A stretch of DNA of 64,000 bases, taken from assembly GCA_047495785.1 (NCBI GenBank), contig JBLDXI010000048.1, positions 682,001-746,000 on the forward strand, given 5' to 3'. The number at the start of each line of letters is the position of its first letter. Position 1 is the stretch's first letter. The position numbers were made by a program, and so were the translations under genes. The notes under the pieces are model-generated. The model saw nothing but the letters and a program-made list of their open reading frames with translations. It did no database searches and was not told where the DNA came from. This DNA is from Lepidodermella squamata. Lineage: Eukaryota; Animalia; Gastrotricha. Below, one piece after another: positions 49,115 to 61,778 of this stretch.

Positions 49115-52100
49115 ATGTCCGACGAAAATCCGCCGGCAGAAAGCGTCGAAAAACCACCTGTTGACGATTCCGCGTTCAAAAAGCCGCAGTTCAAAGCGCC
49201 CGAGTCGAAACAGCCCGTAAAATCAGAACCGGAACCGCCCAAACCAAAACCTTCATCCGAGCCATTCAAATACGAAATACCAGTATGGTCCGGCGACCCG
49301 CCTGCTGACCGGAAATACCACTTCGATGTGATTAAGGGCGGTACGAACATCGAACCAATCGATTTATCGACAAAATCTCACTTCGTAGTCGGCCGAATGG
49401 TCGATTGCGACATCCCACTACAACACCCGAGTCTGTCCAGGTACCACGCGGTCGTTCAATATTGCGACTCGACGAAAACCCGGGATCCAACCATGCGTGA
49501 CGGGTGGTACATTCAAGACCTTGGCTCATCGAATGGAACTGTGGTCAATAAAAAGAAGCTGGAACCAGGTAAATACCAGAGGCTGGATATTGGTTACGTC
49601 GTCAAATTCGGCATGTCGACCCGAATTTTCGTGCTCGAGGGTGTTCAAATCGAGGAAAAAACCGAAAAAACCGCTGATCCCCCGAAAATTCCGCCCGGTC
49701 TGCAGATCAAGCAGAAAAAACCGAAAAAACCTGAATCGGCCCCGAAACCAGTGGTAGCAGACGGGTGCATGTGGGGTATTGATATGGACGATGATGCTGT
49801 GTATAACTCGGCCGAAGTTGACCCGAATTTCGAAGATTCAAGCGAAGATTCAGGCGAATCGGGCGACGAATCGAAGGAGAAAAAGCGAAAACCCCTCGAT
49901 TTATCCGACCCGAAAAAAACGCTGCGGGTCTTTTTCGAACGGGAAGATCTCGGGTTACCCGAGTACGGGGTTGAAAATATCGGGAAAAATAAACATCGAG
50001 CTTTTATTGAAATTCCAACCGGCGAAAAAACGTTGTGGGTCGAGGGCGAGGGTGGCAATAAAAAAGAGGCCGTTGCCGAATGCGCGAGGGAGGCGTGTAT
50101 TTTGCTGGATAAAATGGATATTTTAAGGCCTCGGAACAAAAATTCGAAGCAAAAATTGGTGAAAAAAGACTGGGCTGCTAATGACTACTACGACTCGGAC
50201 GAGGATAATTTCTTCGATCGAACTGGTCAATTAGAGGAGAAGCGGCGGCAGAGAATGGCGAGGGAAAAATTGGAAAAAGCCGGAAAAAATCCCGCAAATT
50301 CCGGCACGGTTCATACTGAAAAATCGCTCGAAGCTGATTTGGAGAAATTGGTCGAAGAAATTAATTCGATTACTAGTCAATTAGCGGAGGATGAGCGGAA
50401 ACGGGCGGAATTTGATCGAGCCCGAGGCGGTGAGGCCATGGGCGAGTTGGATGCGCTCGATGCGTACATGAGTGCGTTGAAGCAGGGCGTTGCTATGGAC
50501 GCTACGACGCGGGTGCGGCTGAAACATCGGTTGCTAGAGGCGCAGAAGGAACGGTCGCGATGTGAGCGGTTGCTGTCGATTGCGCGCGGGCCGAGAATGC
50601 CGGCGTCGCTGATGGCGAACAACTGGTCTTCGTCTTCGGCGACTTCGGTTAAATCTGAGGCGGGTGGCGAGGGTGAACTGCAATCGAATGCTGCGCCGGG
50701 TTCGACCAGCCAAGTGCCAGCGATTGGAAAAATGCCGAAATCGACTCCGCAATTGAAGGTGAGCATTTTTGTTATAAAATTTTCAATCTCTCAAATGTGA
50801 AATAATTGCGTAAAAAAGAAAACACTGTACAGTTATTGAGACGGTACTCTAGAATATACTCAATGATATAGGATATCAACAAGGCCGAGGTTCGTCCAAA
50901 TAGCTAGTTCATTGATTATAAGTTCAATCCACCCTACTGACGCCTGGTCATGGTTAATGAAGGCTCACAGGGCGCGTGTCGCCGGACGCAGCGGGCGCAG
51001 CCCCAGTGTGACTAAGGACGCCTGCGCCGCCCACCTTGCTCCAACGGTTGTTGCCTTGCTATACCAGCCGGCCTTGCTTCTGCCCACCGTTGACCTGAGC
51101 CCTCCGGGATGCCGCACGGTCAGCTTCTTCCTGGGCCCTCATGGTAGCCGCTCGAGTCGCTTCCTCCTGGGTCCTCCTTGTTGCCGCTAGGGCCGCTTCG
51201 AGCTGGCTGAGCATGGACCCAGCCCTCTCGGTAATCCGGTTGGCCGCTTCCAACATTTGCCGGGCTGCTGCCTGGCTGGGCGATAGCTTGGCGGTTCTTG
51301 AGGCGCCGGGGCATACGTCGGTGGATTGTCGGTGTTGTTGAAAGAAGAAGAAAATTCAAACAAAATTTAGGATTAATTGTTTTTGTTTGTTTTTTCTGTT
51401 GAGGTTGCCGGCTATATACTGAAGGCACGCGTTCACATGGTGACGACAGAGGGCAAAGGTTATTTACCCTTACAGTTATATAGCGATAGGCCTGTATATT
51501 TACGCCACCTAAACTGCGGTTCCAGCATAATTTTTCTAAGGACGAAGAATTCCCATTTGAAGGGTGTATGGAATTCATTCATTGCCTAAATTTAGTAGAA
51601 ATATTCGGAAAAGCGACCTTGGACTATCTAAAATTGGGTTCCACAACATGCCGCTATCGCTCTTCTGGCAGCGTTGTTCAGCCGAACCTCAGGCAGCTTC
51701 AAAACACCGATATCATGTTGAGTAGCGCTGAAGCGCTTATTCCTCGGGTGCATAAGGGCGGCCGAGAAAGTATCAAGCACCGGATCGCTTTGGCCCCCTT
51801 AGTGATTGCATCTCTGAACTCTTGGGCAGCTCATCCCGTCACGAAGGATCTAATGCATCTAGCTCTGGATATCGGCTCCCTTTAACCCTTCCGTCTCTAA
51901 GAAGTTCAAAACACCGTCCAACCTTAGTTAGACGTCACCCGTCCCGTCAAACACCTGAGGTTTCGCCATACGAATTCGCACGCAAGTGAATTATTCGTTC
52001 AGAGAAATGATAGGCTGCTTAGTCCAAGAGCGCCATGTATCCGATGCGACCTTTAGCCAAGTCCGTCCAGAATTCAATGAAAGAGCGCTTATTTAGCCGT

Positions 52101-53367
52101 TCGTAATGGCGTGGAACCGACGTTTTGTGATTTTTATCCGAAATGTAGCCGATGGCAGCACGATTTTCACTTTCTAATTCAAGCATCAATCGTACTGCTA
52201 AACATGCGGGTGAGGACGCGCACTTTTTGTTAGTCCGATCTGTCATCAGCAAGGTTGTTGATGCGGATGTCGAGGCCATGTACGCATCAGAATCGTTGCC
52301 AATGCGAATACAGATATTGCATTATTATTCACTGTAAAAGCGATAATAAGCGACAAGTCGAACTGTTTATTACGCAATGGGACTAGGCCTCTTAGGCGCT
52401 CGCCGATCAGCCCGCATATCGGCCTCGTACTTACGCTGGCTCGACCAGTTTCATGTCGGGCTACGATGACCTCTTGAGTGTTTTGCTCGGCCAAAAACGC
52501 TTATACCAGACAGGCAACGGTTGGATGAACTCGATCGAGCGCGGCTTGAATGGCCGAGCTATCCGTTCATGAAAGATGTTGTCGCACGCGATTCGCGACG
52601 TTCCATAACCGAAAAGATCGCCTAGAACATTGGGAAGGCCGATGTAGTACTGCTCGAAGTAATTGTATAAATCGCGAAGTTGCCCAGGTACGAACGAGAA
52701 CTTCCTCACGTTTCTGAGATGCGTTTCATTAAGCAAAATAATGTCAGCCTTAAATCGATGTAGCCGTTGTTCTAATCAGAGGTGCAGCCTGCGTCGAGGT
52801 TATTGTTTTGGCTAGAATCCAAAATGTTCGCTGTTGTAAACCTGATCATCGCGGATCATTCCTAAATTGTCTCAAGGTCAAATTTTACTTGATTGATTGA
52901 ACACACGGGGATAATCTATTAGGTCAATTGATGGGTCTCTTCTTTATCTACGGAATTCATTTTAAAATCGCTAATTTTTTCTTCCACTTTAGTTTGCAAG
53001 TAATCTGCCGAAACTGAGTGCTTTCAACGCAGAGGAGGAAGACGACGATGACGGTGCTTCGAAGCCGAAAATGAAGAAACTGACCGAGTTTCTGAAAGAA
53101 AACGCGGACGACGAACCCGAAGAGCCGGTGCCAGGCAAAAAATCACCAGAAAAATCTAGAACTGAGCCGGAGAAAATTGAATCTGAAGCGGCCAAGGAAG
53201 AACCCGAAGAGGACGTTGGTGATCGCAAGGTCTACGGCGTATTCTTGCCGCCTGAGCTGCGGCAGACCCTCGAATCGCACGCCGACGAGACGGGCGAGGA
53301 AATTTGGGACGTTGACCGTGCAAAACAACTCGCGAGCATTGTCGATTCATCGGAGCAAAAGTCCTGA
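49115..53367 (+). CDS. SLC4A1AP: Kanadaptin-like protein (FHA, dsRBM-like, coiled coil)
   Basis: Exons 49115-50758 and 52993-53367; FHA (VGR..CDI..HPSLSRYHAVVQ..DLGSSNGT), CMWGI, DPKKTLRVFFERE, NDYYDSDEDNFFDRTG and DALDAYMS motifs. Confidence 0.9.
50837..51474. mobile_element. Solo LTR (638 bp) with 5-bp TSD GTTAT
   Basis: gttat|TGAGAC...CTTACA|gttat; TG..CA termini; second family member at 46716. Confidence 0.88.
51640..52860 (-). mobile_element. Decayed LINE ORF2 N-terminus (APE endonuclease)
   Basis: MIRFTTANI...KADIILLNETHL...VLGDL...FDLSLI follows APE motif order; multiple stops and frameshifts; boundaries approximate. Confidence 0.6.
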
Positions 53368-54400
53368 TTTTTGCGACTTTGACTACTTATTCCCGGTTTA
53401 TCATCAATTGATAAGGAGGATGTCTTGAATTATGTTCATCGTTTTCTCCGTGATTCAATCGTTTTTTACAGAACAATTTCTTTCATTTTTGTTACTATGT
53501 ATTCTGAGTGAAAATAAAAGTGCGATGAGTTCGAAATGCTTTGTTTTCTGTTATCGCTTTTTCCTTATTTTTAAGAAAACCTTTCAGCCGAACCAAATTT
53601 GCCAGCTGCCAAGCAAAAATTGATCTTTTGGCGGACCCGTAAATCTTGGCATAAAACTTGAATTATTGAAAACCACCATTTTCGAATAACTCTACTAAAT
53701 CACGATGACTGATTAATTTTTGTTAATTTATTTCGATTTTCTAAAATCAACTTCGAAATTATAGGAAATTTGGAAAGTGCATTTTTGGGCGAATTTCAGA
53801 GCATCCTAAATTTGCCACCTTATGGATTTTCCCAAATTTTCCAGTCAGGTGAAGTGTTAGCATTGCGGAGTTTATTTCAATGTTGTCCAACATGTGAACC
53901 CGCGTCTGCTTGGCTTTCCGAAATTTATTTCCCAGAGGCCAAGAGGTTTTATTTTCTTTCTTTAAAAAAGCCGCTCTGAAAGCGACTGACCCCTCCGGAA
54001 GTGGCCCTAATTAAAGAACCACCAACCCGGAACGTTCATCAACGGCCCACGAGACCAGGCACCGGTAAAGGCACCCGGCCAGGTGAAGCCAAATTCGCGC
54101 TCAGGGCCAGTCACCACGTCTCGTCATCGCGGTTTGGGTTTGTCGTCAGATGAGGCTGACGTTGGGGCAAAACTTAATAAAGTAATGATCCCAAGAAGTA
54201 TGATCTTAAATATACTATGAAAATTTTTACGACCCCTTTCTCGACGGGACGTTTTTATTGCCGGCTCGCTAATTAGCATATGCACACTTCTCAAAACAAC
54301 ACTAATAATATTATAACGCTAACACACGACACTAATAATTATAATAAATTAGGTCAAATTACAGTGTGTGCGCATATAAAATAAATAGAAAGTGTTATTT

Positions 54401-56237
54401 TTAGCTCATGTATAAAATAATCGGGGATAAAATTGTAGTGACAACGCCGCCAACGAAAAATACGCAGTCGATGATGAAAACAGTCTTCTCCCGTGTCATC
54501 TGCCGATATTTTTCGTTTAAAATCGGATCAATCGCCCGCACACTTCCGTTCAATTCAGCGCTGTTTGTCGTGTTCAGCGAGTAATGGTGATGATGATGAC
54601 TATTAGGCTCAGGTGGGCCGTTGTGATGGGTTCGGTAGTCGAAATGCATATAGCGGAGTAAGAACATCGAGGCGATGGCATTTGCGACGCAAATTACGGA
54701 TTGAATGCCGAGATGGACGAGTAGGGCGCATTGCCGGGACGTATTCGGAATGATTTCAGTAGTCACTTGTTGAATGACCCAGAAAGCGAGCAGGGTGACC
54801 AAGAAAAAGGCTGTTTTAAAAAAAGTAGAGATACATTTTTGGGATTTTTCTTTTTCCAAGATTGAATTTAAAATTGAATTCGAATTTTTTTAATTTCGTG
54901 AAATATTTAGAATTTAGAATTTTTCTTTGGTTCTCTCAACTTTTACCTGGTCTTTCTGGGCAATGTGGATGGAATAATGCTAATAGCTGCAGTAGACTGA
55001 TCATAACCGACGGTACCAAAATAGTGAGTACGTAAAATTGCGGTTTTCTTTTCGCCGTTAATACGAAGGAAACAGCTGAATAAACGAGGTGATTGGTCGG
55101 ATCGGTGACTTCATGCTCTCGATAGGTGGTCTCTAACAAGTCCCAAGTGTCACAATTTTGTGATGCGACGCCCTGTATATAAATCAGGGGCGGGTAGCCG
55201 GTTTCATTTGCGCGGCGAGACAATTTCAGTATGGCCTTTTTCTTGTCTTGAAGAGATTGATACGTAAATTCGCATGTATGCGAGTCGAATGGAAATACTC
55301 GAAAGTCCATTTCGCCTATATAGGAAAAAATAAAAAAATTAGAGTCGATAAATTGCTACGAGATATGTTTGAGATAGGGATAGGAATAGAGACATAGGAT
55401 ATAGGAATAGGGATAGGGATAGGAAGTAGGAATAGGATTGAGTATAGGATTTTAGCCAGATTGAGAATAGGAAGTAGAATTATGCTAGGATTATGGCTAG
55501 AATTAAGGATAGGTTAAGGTTAGGAATTTGACTTGGGCATAGGATGAGTACGTGTATAGGAATAGATATAGGCAGGTGCAATAGGAAAGGTTAGGGTGAG
55601 GGTTCAAAACCCCGATTAGGATAAGGGTCAGGCTTAGGGTTGAGGGTTTAGAAATGAAGGGTTAGGATTTTCAATAAATAGAATTCAATTTGCTATGTTT
55701 ACATTTTGAAACGAATTGCCCAGCCGCAACCCATTCGCAGTGGCTCTCGTTCATGCTGGTCCATTCTATTTTGACAATGGTATCTCGCCTGAGTTGTATC
55801 AACCGTAGGGTGTTCTCAAAATCCGACACCTGTTGAATCAGCGGTATCCAAACCGCCGTAGCCGGTAGCCGCATCGACACCCCGCTTTGATTAGCCGGCA
55901 CCAACTCGCCGCATTCTGTCACAAAATCATCCGTCCACCTGAAGCTGAGCCGGCCGTTGAACGTCATTGTTTGCTGCTCATCATCGATGCCGAGAAAAGT
56001 CGCGATTCCTAAGCTGACTGAAACAGTTACTGGTCTTAAGCCCTTTGAAGTTGGAGCGATGTAGCCCAAAGCTGGGTAGGTTTGAAGCACCTGTTTTGCT
56101 ATTTCAATCTCACGATCGACACTATCTTTAGATCGATTTAAGGCAGCCTGAAGCGCAGTATCAGTTTCTTTCTCATAGCCGTTAGTAGGGTGACACAAAA
56201 ATACAAGGACAATTGCCAGAACGAAGTTCGGTTTCAT
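54401..56237 (-). CDS. Divergent Cys-loop ligand-gated ion channel subunit (437 aa, 3 exons)
   Basis: Exons 56237-55703, 55315-54947, 54810-54401; signal peptide, WTD, VWIP, Cys-loop CEMDFRVFPFDSHTC across the first junction, pre-M1 KRKPQFYV, four TM segments. Confidence 0.9.
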
Positions 56238-56797
56238 TTTTCTCCGAAAATAAATTCCGATTTTTACAAAAAGGGCAAGAAATTGATATCCTTACACCGG
56301 CCGGCTATCATAAGTTCCGCTAGTAATATATGCGAATTTGTCGTTTTCAAGTGGTTCCAAGTTGGTACCGTATCGATCCACTGCACGAATAAGAGCTCTT
56401 AATTTTTATTTACTCAGCTCAATTTTCACGATTTTTTGCGAAACTCGACGCCCGTTGCCTGGAATTTATCTGTCATTTTCAACAAAATGGTACACCAATT
56501 AAAGTACACATCATTCTGAGCCTGGTAAATTGGGGTTAAAATTCAATTTTTTCAAAATTTTCAATTTTTTGAAATTTAATAAAAATTCGAGTTTTTCCTG
56601 ATCCTTCATTATTAAATAATGAGTTTAATAATATCACATTTTTCAACACTTGGGAGCTGACTTACTAATTAATAATTTCTTTTTATTTAAAAATATATTT
56701 ATTTTTTTGCTTTCGAAATTGAAAAATAATTCATAATTTACAGAAAAGAGCCGAATTGTATCCTATCCAAATAAATTTGAAAATGTCTGCAACATAG

Positions 56798-58109
56798 TTA
56801 GTTTGCTTTCGCTCTTGGCGTTCCGTATCCTAGTTGGAACCAAAATGCGCTTGCCAATGACGATAATAGCGAGGTCGTTGTCGAGGGCGTTGTTTGGACT
56901 GGAGCTCGTGGTTGCATAGCCGGCGGTGCGTTGTTGATGTTCGGTACAGAATTAACATCGCGCCACGGCAGAGGCGGGTCGAGGGGCACGGTGACTGGAA
57001 CAACAGTCGGGTAGTTGTAGACAGTACCCGGCTGGGCTGAGCCAGATTGAGACCAGCAGAAGCACTGGCAGTTGCCCTTCCACGCCCATTGGCCGTTGTT
57101 GTTGTTGAATCCAGACCCAGATCCGGAACAGGGTGACCCAGCCGCGTAGGCTCGGCCCATGTTTTCTTGAATAGTTGACCTAGCGGCGGATTCTTCGGCG
57201 AAAAATTCCATTTCTGGGTTCGAGGAGTGTTCGGAAGCGGACCTGGAGTTGGTGCCGCATAGGCAGTTGCACGGGCCCAGGAGTGAGTTGGTTGATGGTA
57301 CGGATGGGATGTAGGGTATGGTCGGTTGGGTGGCGCCGGGGGCATTTGCTGCGATACCTCCAGGTGGAACATACACCCACTCTTCTAATAAAGAAATAGG
57401 ATTAGAACATAGGCAACATAACAGAAAGGAAAGGAAAGGAAAGGAAAGGAAAGGAAAGGAAAGGAAAGGAAAGGAAAGGAAAGGAAAGGAAAGGAAAGGA
57501 AAGGAAAGGAAAGGAAAGGAAAGGAAAGGATTAGGATTAGGAATAAGATTAATGGAAAGAGGAACCGAAATAGCATAGGAATTGGATTGGAATAGGTTAG
57601 GATAGTATAGGAATAAGAAGCAAGAAACGGTTGAGAATTTGTCATAATAGGAATATATAGGAATTTAGCGTAATAAGATAATTTGGAATGTGGGAATGTG
57701 GGTAGAAAAACTCGCTTTGTCGAGACTGCCGAGGAGCCGGCGCCGAAGGGATCATGTTCGATCTAGAATTCGCGAACATAGCCGCGTAGGGTGACCCCGG
57801 ACCATTCTGCACCATTTGGTTCAACTGCGCCAACATTTGATCTGCAGAGTCTGAGTTTTAACAATCGAATAATGCGGAAAATCTAATAAAAACGTCCTTA
57901 GTTACCAAAAACTATTGGTTGCTAAGGACGCGTTTTGGGTACTTACGAGCTGCCTTCTTATTGGCATTCGGGTAGGCGTAGTCAATGCCATCGATGATCG
58001 AAGTCGGGCGGTATTTCGGGGTCTTCTTCACAGCTGCCTCACTTGCCGTGGTCACGCTTGAGAGACTCGAAACGACAAAGCAACACGTCAGAAACCGGTT
58101 GATGGTCAT
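56798..58109 (-). CDS. Secreted Cys-rich orphan protein A
   Basis: Exons 58109-57947, 57841(or 57850)-57716, 57384-56798; signal peptide; intron 2 modelled with a GC donor (a|gcgagt); motifs PCNCLC, SPCS and GQWAWKGNCQCFCW. Confidence 0.7.
57424..57529. repeat. (GAAAG)n microsatellite, about 21 units, intronic
   Basis: Uninterrupted pentamer array. Confidence 0.97.
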
Positions 58110-58460
58110 TTTTGCGTCCTAGTAAAAAAATGTTCTCGTAAAAAACATGGGCACTTACTTATTTTGTGCCGGGTAGAGATGCGCGCGCGCTCGCGCGGGT
58201 GTGACCTAATTTAAACAAGGTCACTCATAAACATGTCACGCGCGCATCGCAGTAAAATAATATATTAGGTATGCGCATAATATATTTTCCGCATTATTTT
58301 ATGCGATGCTCAATTATTATTGACACGGGGAAAATATTGAAAGAAACAAACAAATCGAAAATCTCAAAAATTTATTTTTGTTTGAAATTGTTTACTGAAA
58401 CTTAAAATTTCACAAATGATAAGCAACAAATATTCGGAAAAATGAAAAGAAATCCGGAAG

Positions 58461-59289
58461 TTATTTGATGAGAAGCATGATGGTCAAGTAGATAAAAATG
58501 CGAGGTGAGTCGAAAATTGTCACTGAGCCGGCTCGAATAGGCGGAACAGGTGTGGCAGGTAACCGCTCCCAGCAAAAGCACTCGCAATTCGCTGGAAATA
58601 ATGGTAGAAACATATTTAAGCTGTAAAAAAACAAGATTTTTCATACTTTGGAAATTCCATTGTCCTGTAGTTTGAGTGGTTTGGGCGAGGGGCGGTTGAG
58701 CTGTACACGCCGATATAGTCCAATTTCGAGCTATTGCGCTGAGTTGAGCTTGGGTGACTACAACATTAACGTTCGATGGCTGGTTACATTGGCATTGGCA
58801 CGGGCTCGACCAAAGTGAAATTGGAGCTTCAAAATCATAATTTATATTATTAAAAACGGAAAATTCTGAAAAATCGGCTTTATCGATTTTGCTCCAAATT
58901 TCTAATTTTTAAGTATTTTTAAAAAAAATTTCAGCCATTTGGAAAATCCTGAAAATTCTTGAAATTTTGAAAAATTTGCTTGAAATCCTATCGAAAAGTT
59001 TGAATTTAAACTGCGCTAATTTCTGCTGTTGGGTTTCATTTCTATTTTTAATTGCTTGAAATTATTTACTGTTCAAAATATTTGTTGGAATGTTTTGAGT
59101 AGTTGTAATAACAGGTGGATTAGCGTATAGAGTCGGTAATCGCTGGATATAACTCGGTAAGGCCGCCGTAGCCGCAGTCGGAAATATCGTCCCAGCGTTC
59201 GACGGCAACCAAAACCAGTCCTGCCGGCTGAATTCCGTGAAAATCGACAGGAATACACATAGAACAGGTAAAATCCGATACTCTAACAT
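58461..59289 (-). CDS. Secreted, possibly GPI-anchored Cys-rich orphan protein B (176 aa), paralog of A
   Basis: Exons 59289-59070, 58826-58647, 58591-58461 (GT-AG, 531 nt in frame); signal peptide; PCQCQC, SACT, GQWNFQTNCECFCW; hydrophobic end IFIYLTIMLLIK. Confidence 0.75.
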
Positions 59290-59861
59290 TTTGCATTTGA
59301 ATTTCCAAAAAAGTGAACGAAATTCTTGGTGCGCCAAGTCCACTACACTTCCTGCTTTAAAGTTGTTTGCTTTGACGCGGAAATCGCGTATTTGCTTAGC
59401 GGCTGTCTATATTTGCGCGAGTTTAAACCCGCTTTTTCGTCTCAAAAAAGCCTCATCACGTCCTCTCAAAGTTATGAACATGCAAACCAATTAGAAAATT
59501 TATTACAAAAATTGCGCTACATTTTTCCATTTCAAAATAAATTTTTTTTGAAATTTCCAATTTTTAAATTCAAATGTTTTGAATTTCACAATTTTCAGAA
59601 ATTCCGTGGAACTTGAACCTAGATTTATTTCAAATTTCAAACGAAAAAATGAGAAATTCAAAATTTTAAATTTTAAATTTTTTTCGATTCAGGGTGGTAT
59701 CCGGCCAATCAATTTTTTCTCAAAAATTAGGACCAAAATATTGCTTTATTTTGAAGCAGATAAACTCGAATCAAGCATTCAACAATCAGGACAGAAAAAA
59801 GTTGAATCACATTTGCAAGTTTAGGATTACAGATAGTCTTTGGTTTAGACACCCTGATGAA

Positions 59862-61123
59862 TTAGCAGCTACCCTTCTCCAGGTAAGGATAGTCCGGGTG
59901 GGCCTTGAGAGCCGGCATATCCATAACAACGCATCGCTCGTTTTCATCCAACGTCCGAATCTTGGCCATATCCTCGGCGCTCAGTTCAAAGTCCCAAATG
60001 TCGAAGTTATCAACAACTCGCGACGGCGTAGTACTCTTCGGAATTGTAAAAACGCCCAACTGAATAATCCACCTCAACACAACATGGCTCGGCTTCTTGC
60101 CGTATTTCGCCCCGATTTCAGTCAGCAGCGGGTTGGTGAACACGTTGATTTGCTTGCGGGGCAGCGCCGTGTAGCCAGGGTTGCCGAATGGCGAGTAGGC
60201 CGTGAAGTCAATGCCGTGTTTATGGCAGAATTCAACCTGTTTCTGCTGCTGGAATAGCACGTGCATTTCACACTGATTCATAGCCGGTTTGATTTTAGCG
60301 GCTTTCAGCAGTCGCTCAAGTTGCGGGATGTTGAAGTTCGACACGCCAATCGAGCGTATCAGACCGAGACCGACAGCTTCCTCCAACTTGGCCCAGGTTG
60401 CTTCGAAGGTGAAGCTGGTTTCGATTTCGACGTTCCAGTTAGCATCGAGGCTTTTCAGGGGCATCGGCGAGTGGAGAAGCTCGAGGTCAATATAGGTCGT
60501 GCGCAACAGAGCCAATTGACCTTTGACCTAGATCGAAAGAAATTAAATTTGAATTATTGCCGAATTTTGACCCAATTTCCAATAATCAATTTTCATGAAA
60601 AAAATTACAAAAAAATTCGATTTACCTGCTAAAATTTCCTTATGTTGAATTTAATGGCATTTTTCAAAAGAAATTATTCAAAATTTCAATTTAAAATTTG
60701 AAATTTAAAATTTCATGAACCACACGAATCCCTAAAACTTCTGAATTTCGATAGCGCATAGTTTTTTTTATAATTTTATTGAATTTTTGAAAAATAAGAA
60801 CAATGATTTGAATCTAGGTTGAAAGGAAGGTGTTCTCAGCTGACCTGATCAATGACTTTGTCGGGGTGGAAGTTGGTTAGCCACAGTTTAGTCGTGATGA
60901 ACATGTCCTCTCGCTTGACAACGCCTTCGTTGTAAAGTTCTTCCAAAACTTCTCCAATCACGCCCTCGTTGCCGTAGACCTGGGCGGTGTCGATGTGGCG
61001 GTAACCGGCTTTAACAGCGGCCTTGAGAGCCGTTTTCAGCTCGTCAGCATTTACGGCCATGTACGTGCCATAGCCTAGCATCGGGCATTCGTAGCCAGAG
61101 TTCAACTTCTTCGACAGAGGCAT
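59862..61123 (-). CDS. Aldo-keto reductase (AKR1-like, 314 aa)
   Basis: Exons 61123-60845 and 60527-59862; GYRHIDTAQVYGNE, FITTKLW, IDLELLH, IGVSNF, AYSPFG, IPKS; D-Y-K-H tetrad present. Confidence 0.95.
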
Positions 61124-61199
61124 TTTCAGAATTTTATTTTCCTAAATTGAGAGAATAATTTATTTTATGGCCTCGGAATATTTAGTTATTGTCCCATTT

Positions 61200-61720
61200 C
61201 ATCCTATCGCATTATTCCTATTATTCCTATTCCTACTCCTATTCCAATTCCTTTTCCCATCCTTACTACTAATTCCTATTCATATTATTCCTATTTCGAT
61301 TCATATCCCACTGCCAATCCAAGTCTTATTCCTATCCTTTATATAATTCATTTTATTATTCCCATTCTCATCCCAATTTCTAACCCAACCCCAATTCCTA
61401 ATTCTATACCGTTTCCTAATCCTTTCTTAAGTTCTTAAGTCTTATATATTTCAGATAGGATCGGAAAGTAAGAAGAGGAATCAAAGAATAGAATAGGAAA
61501 TAAAAGTCGGAATTTCCGGCTGTATTCCCCATTCCTATTCCTATTCCGTTTCCTATCCTGTGCATAGTTCCATTCCTCTACCTAACTAGCACTATCTCTA
61601 CCACTTTGGACGCCAATCCAAGCCACTTTCCCAGCAATTTTCTTCTTGGACGAAGAAATAGGAATGGAAATGTCTTAATCCTTAGCCTATTTTCAATTCC
61701 TATTCTAATCCTAATCGAGT
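61200..61720. repeat. Degenerate (TATTCC)-like hexamer low-complexity tract
   Basis: Repeated attcct/attccc/aatcct units; reverse-complement tracts at about 55370-55665 and 57530-57700. Confidence 0.75.
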
Positions 61721-61778
61721 TTTATTTTTCCTAAAACTTTTGCAACCATGTTAAGGTCCAGTTCTTTCAAGGTGTATG

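Noticed and set aside
57318-57645. ORFs with KGKER / FPFLS repeats
   Set aside because: Translations of the intronic (GAAAG)n microsatellite.
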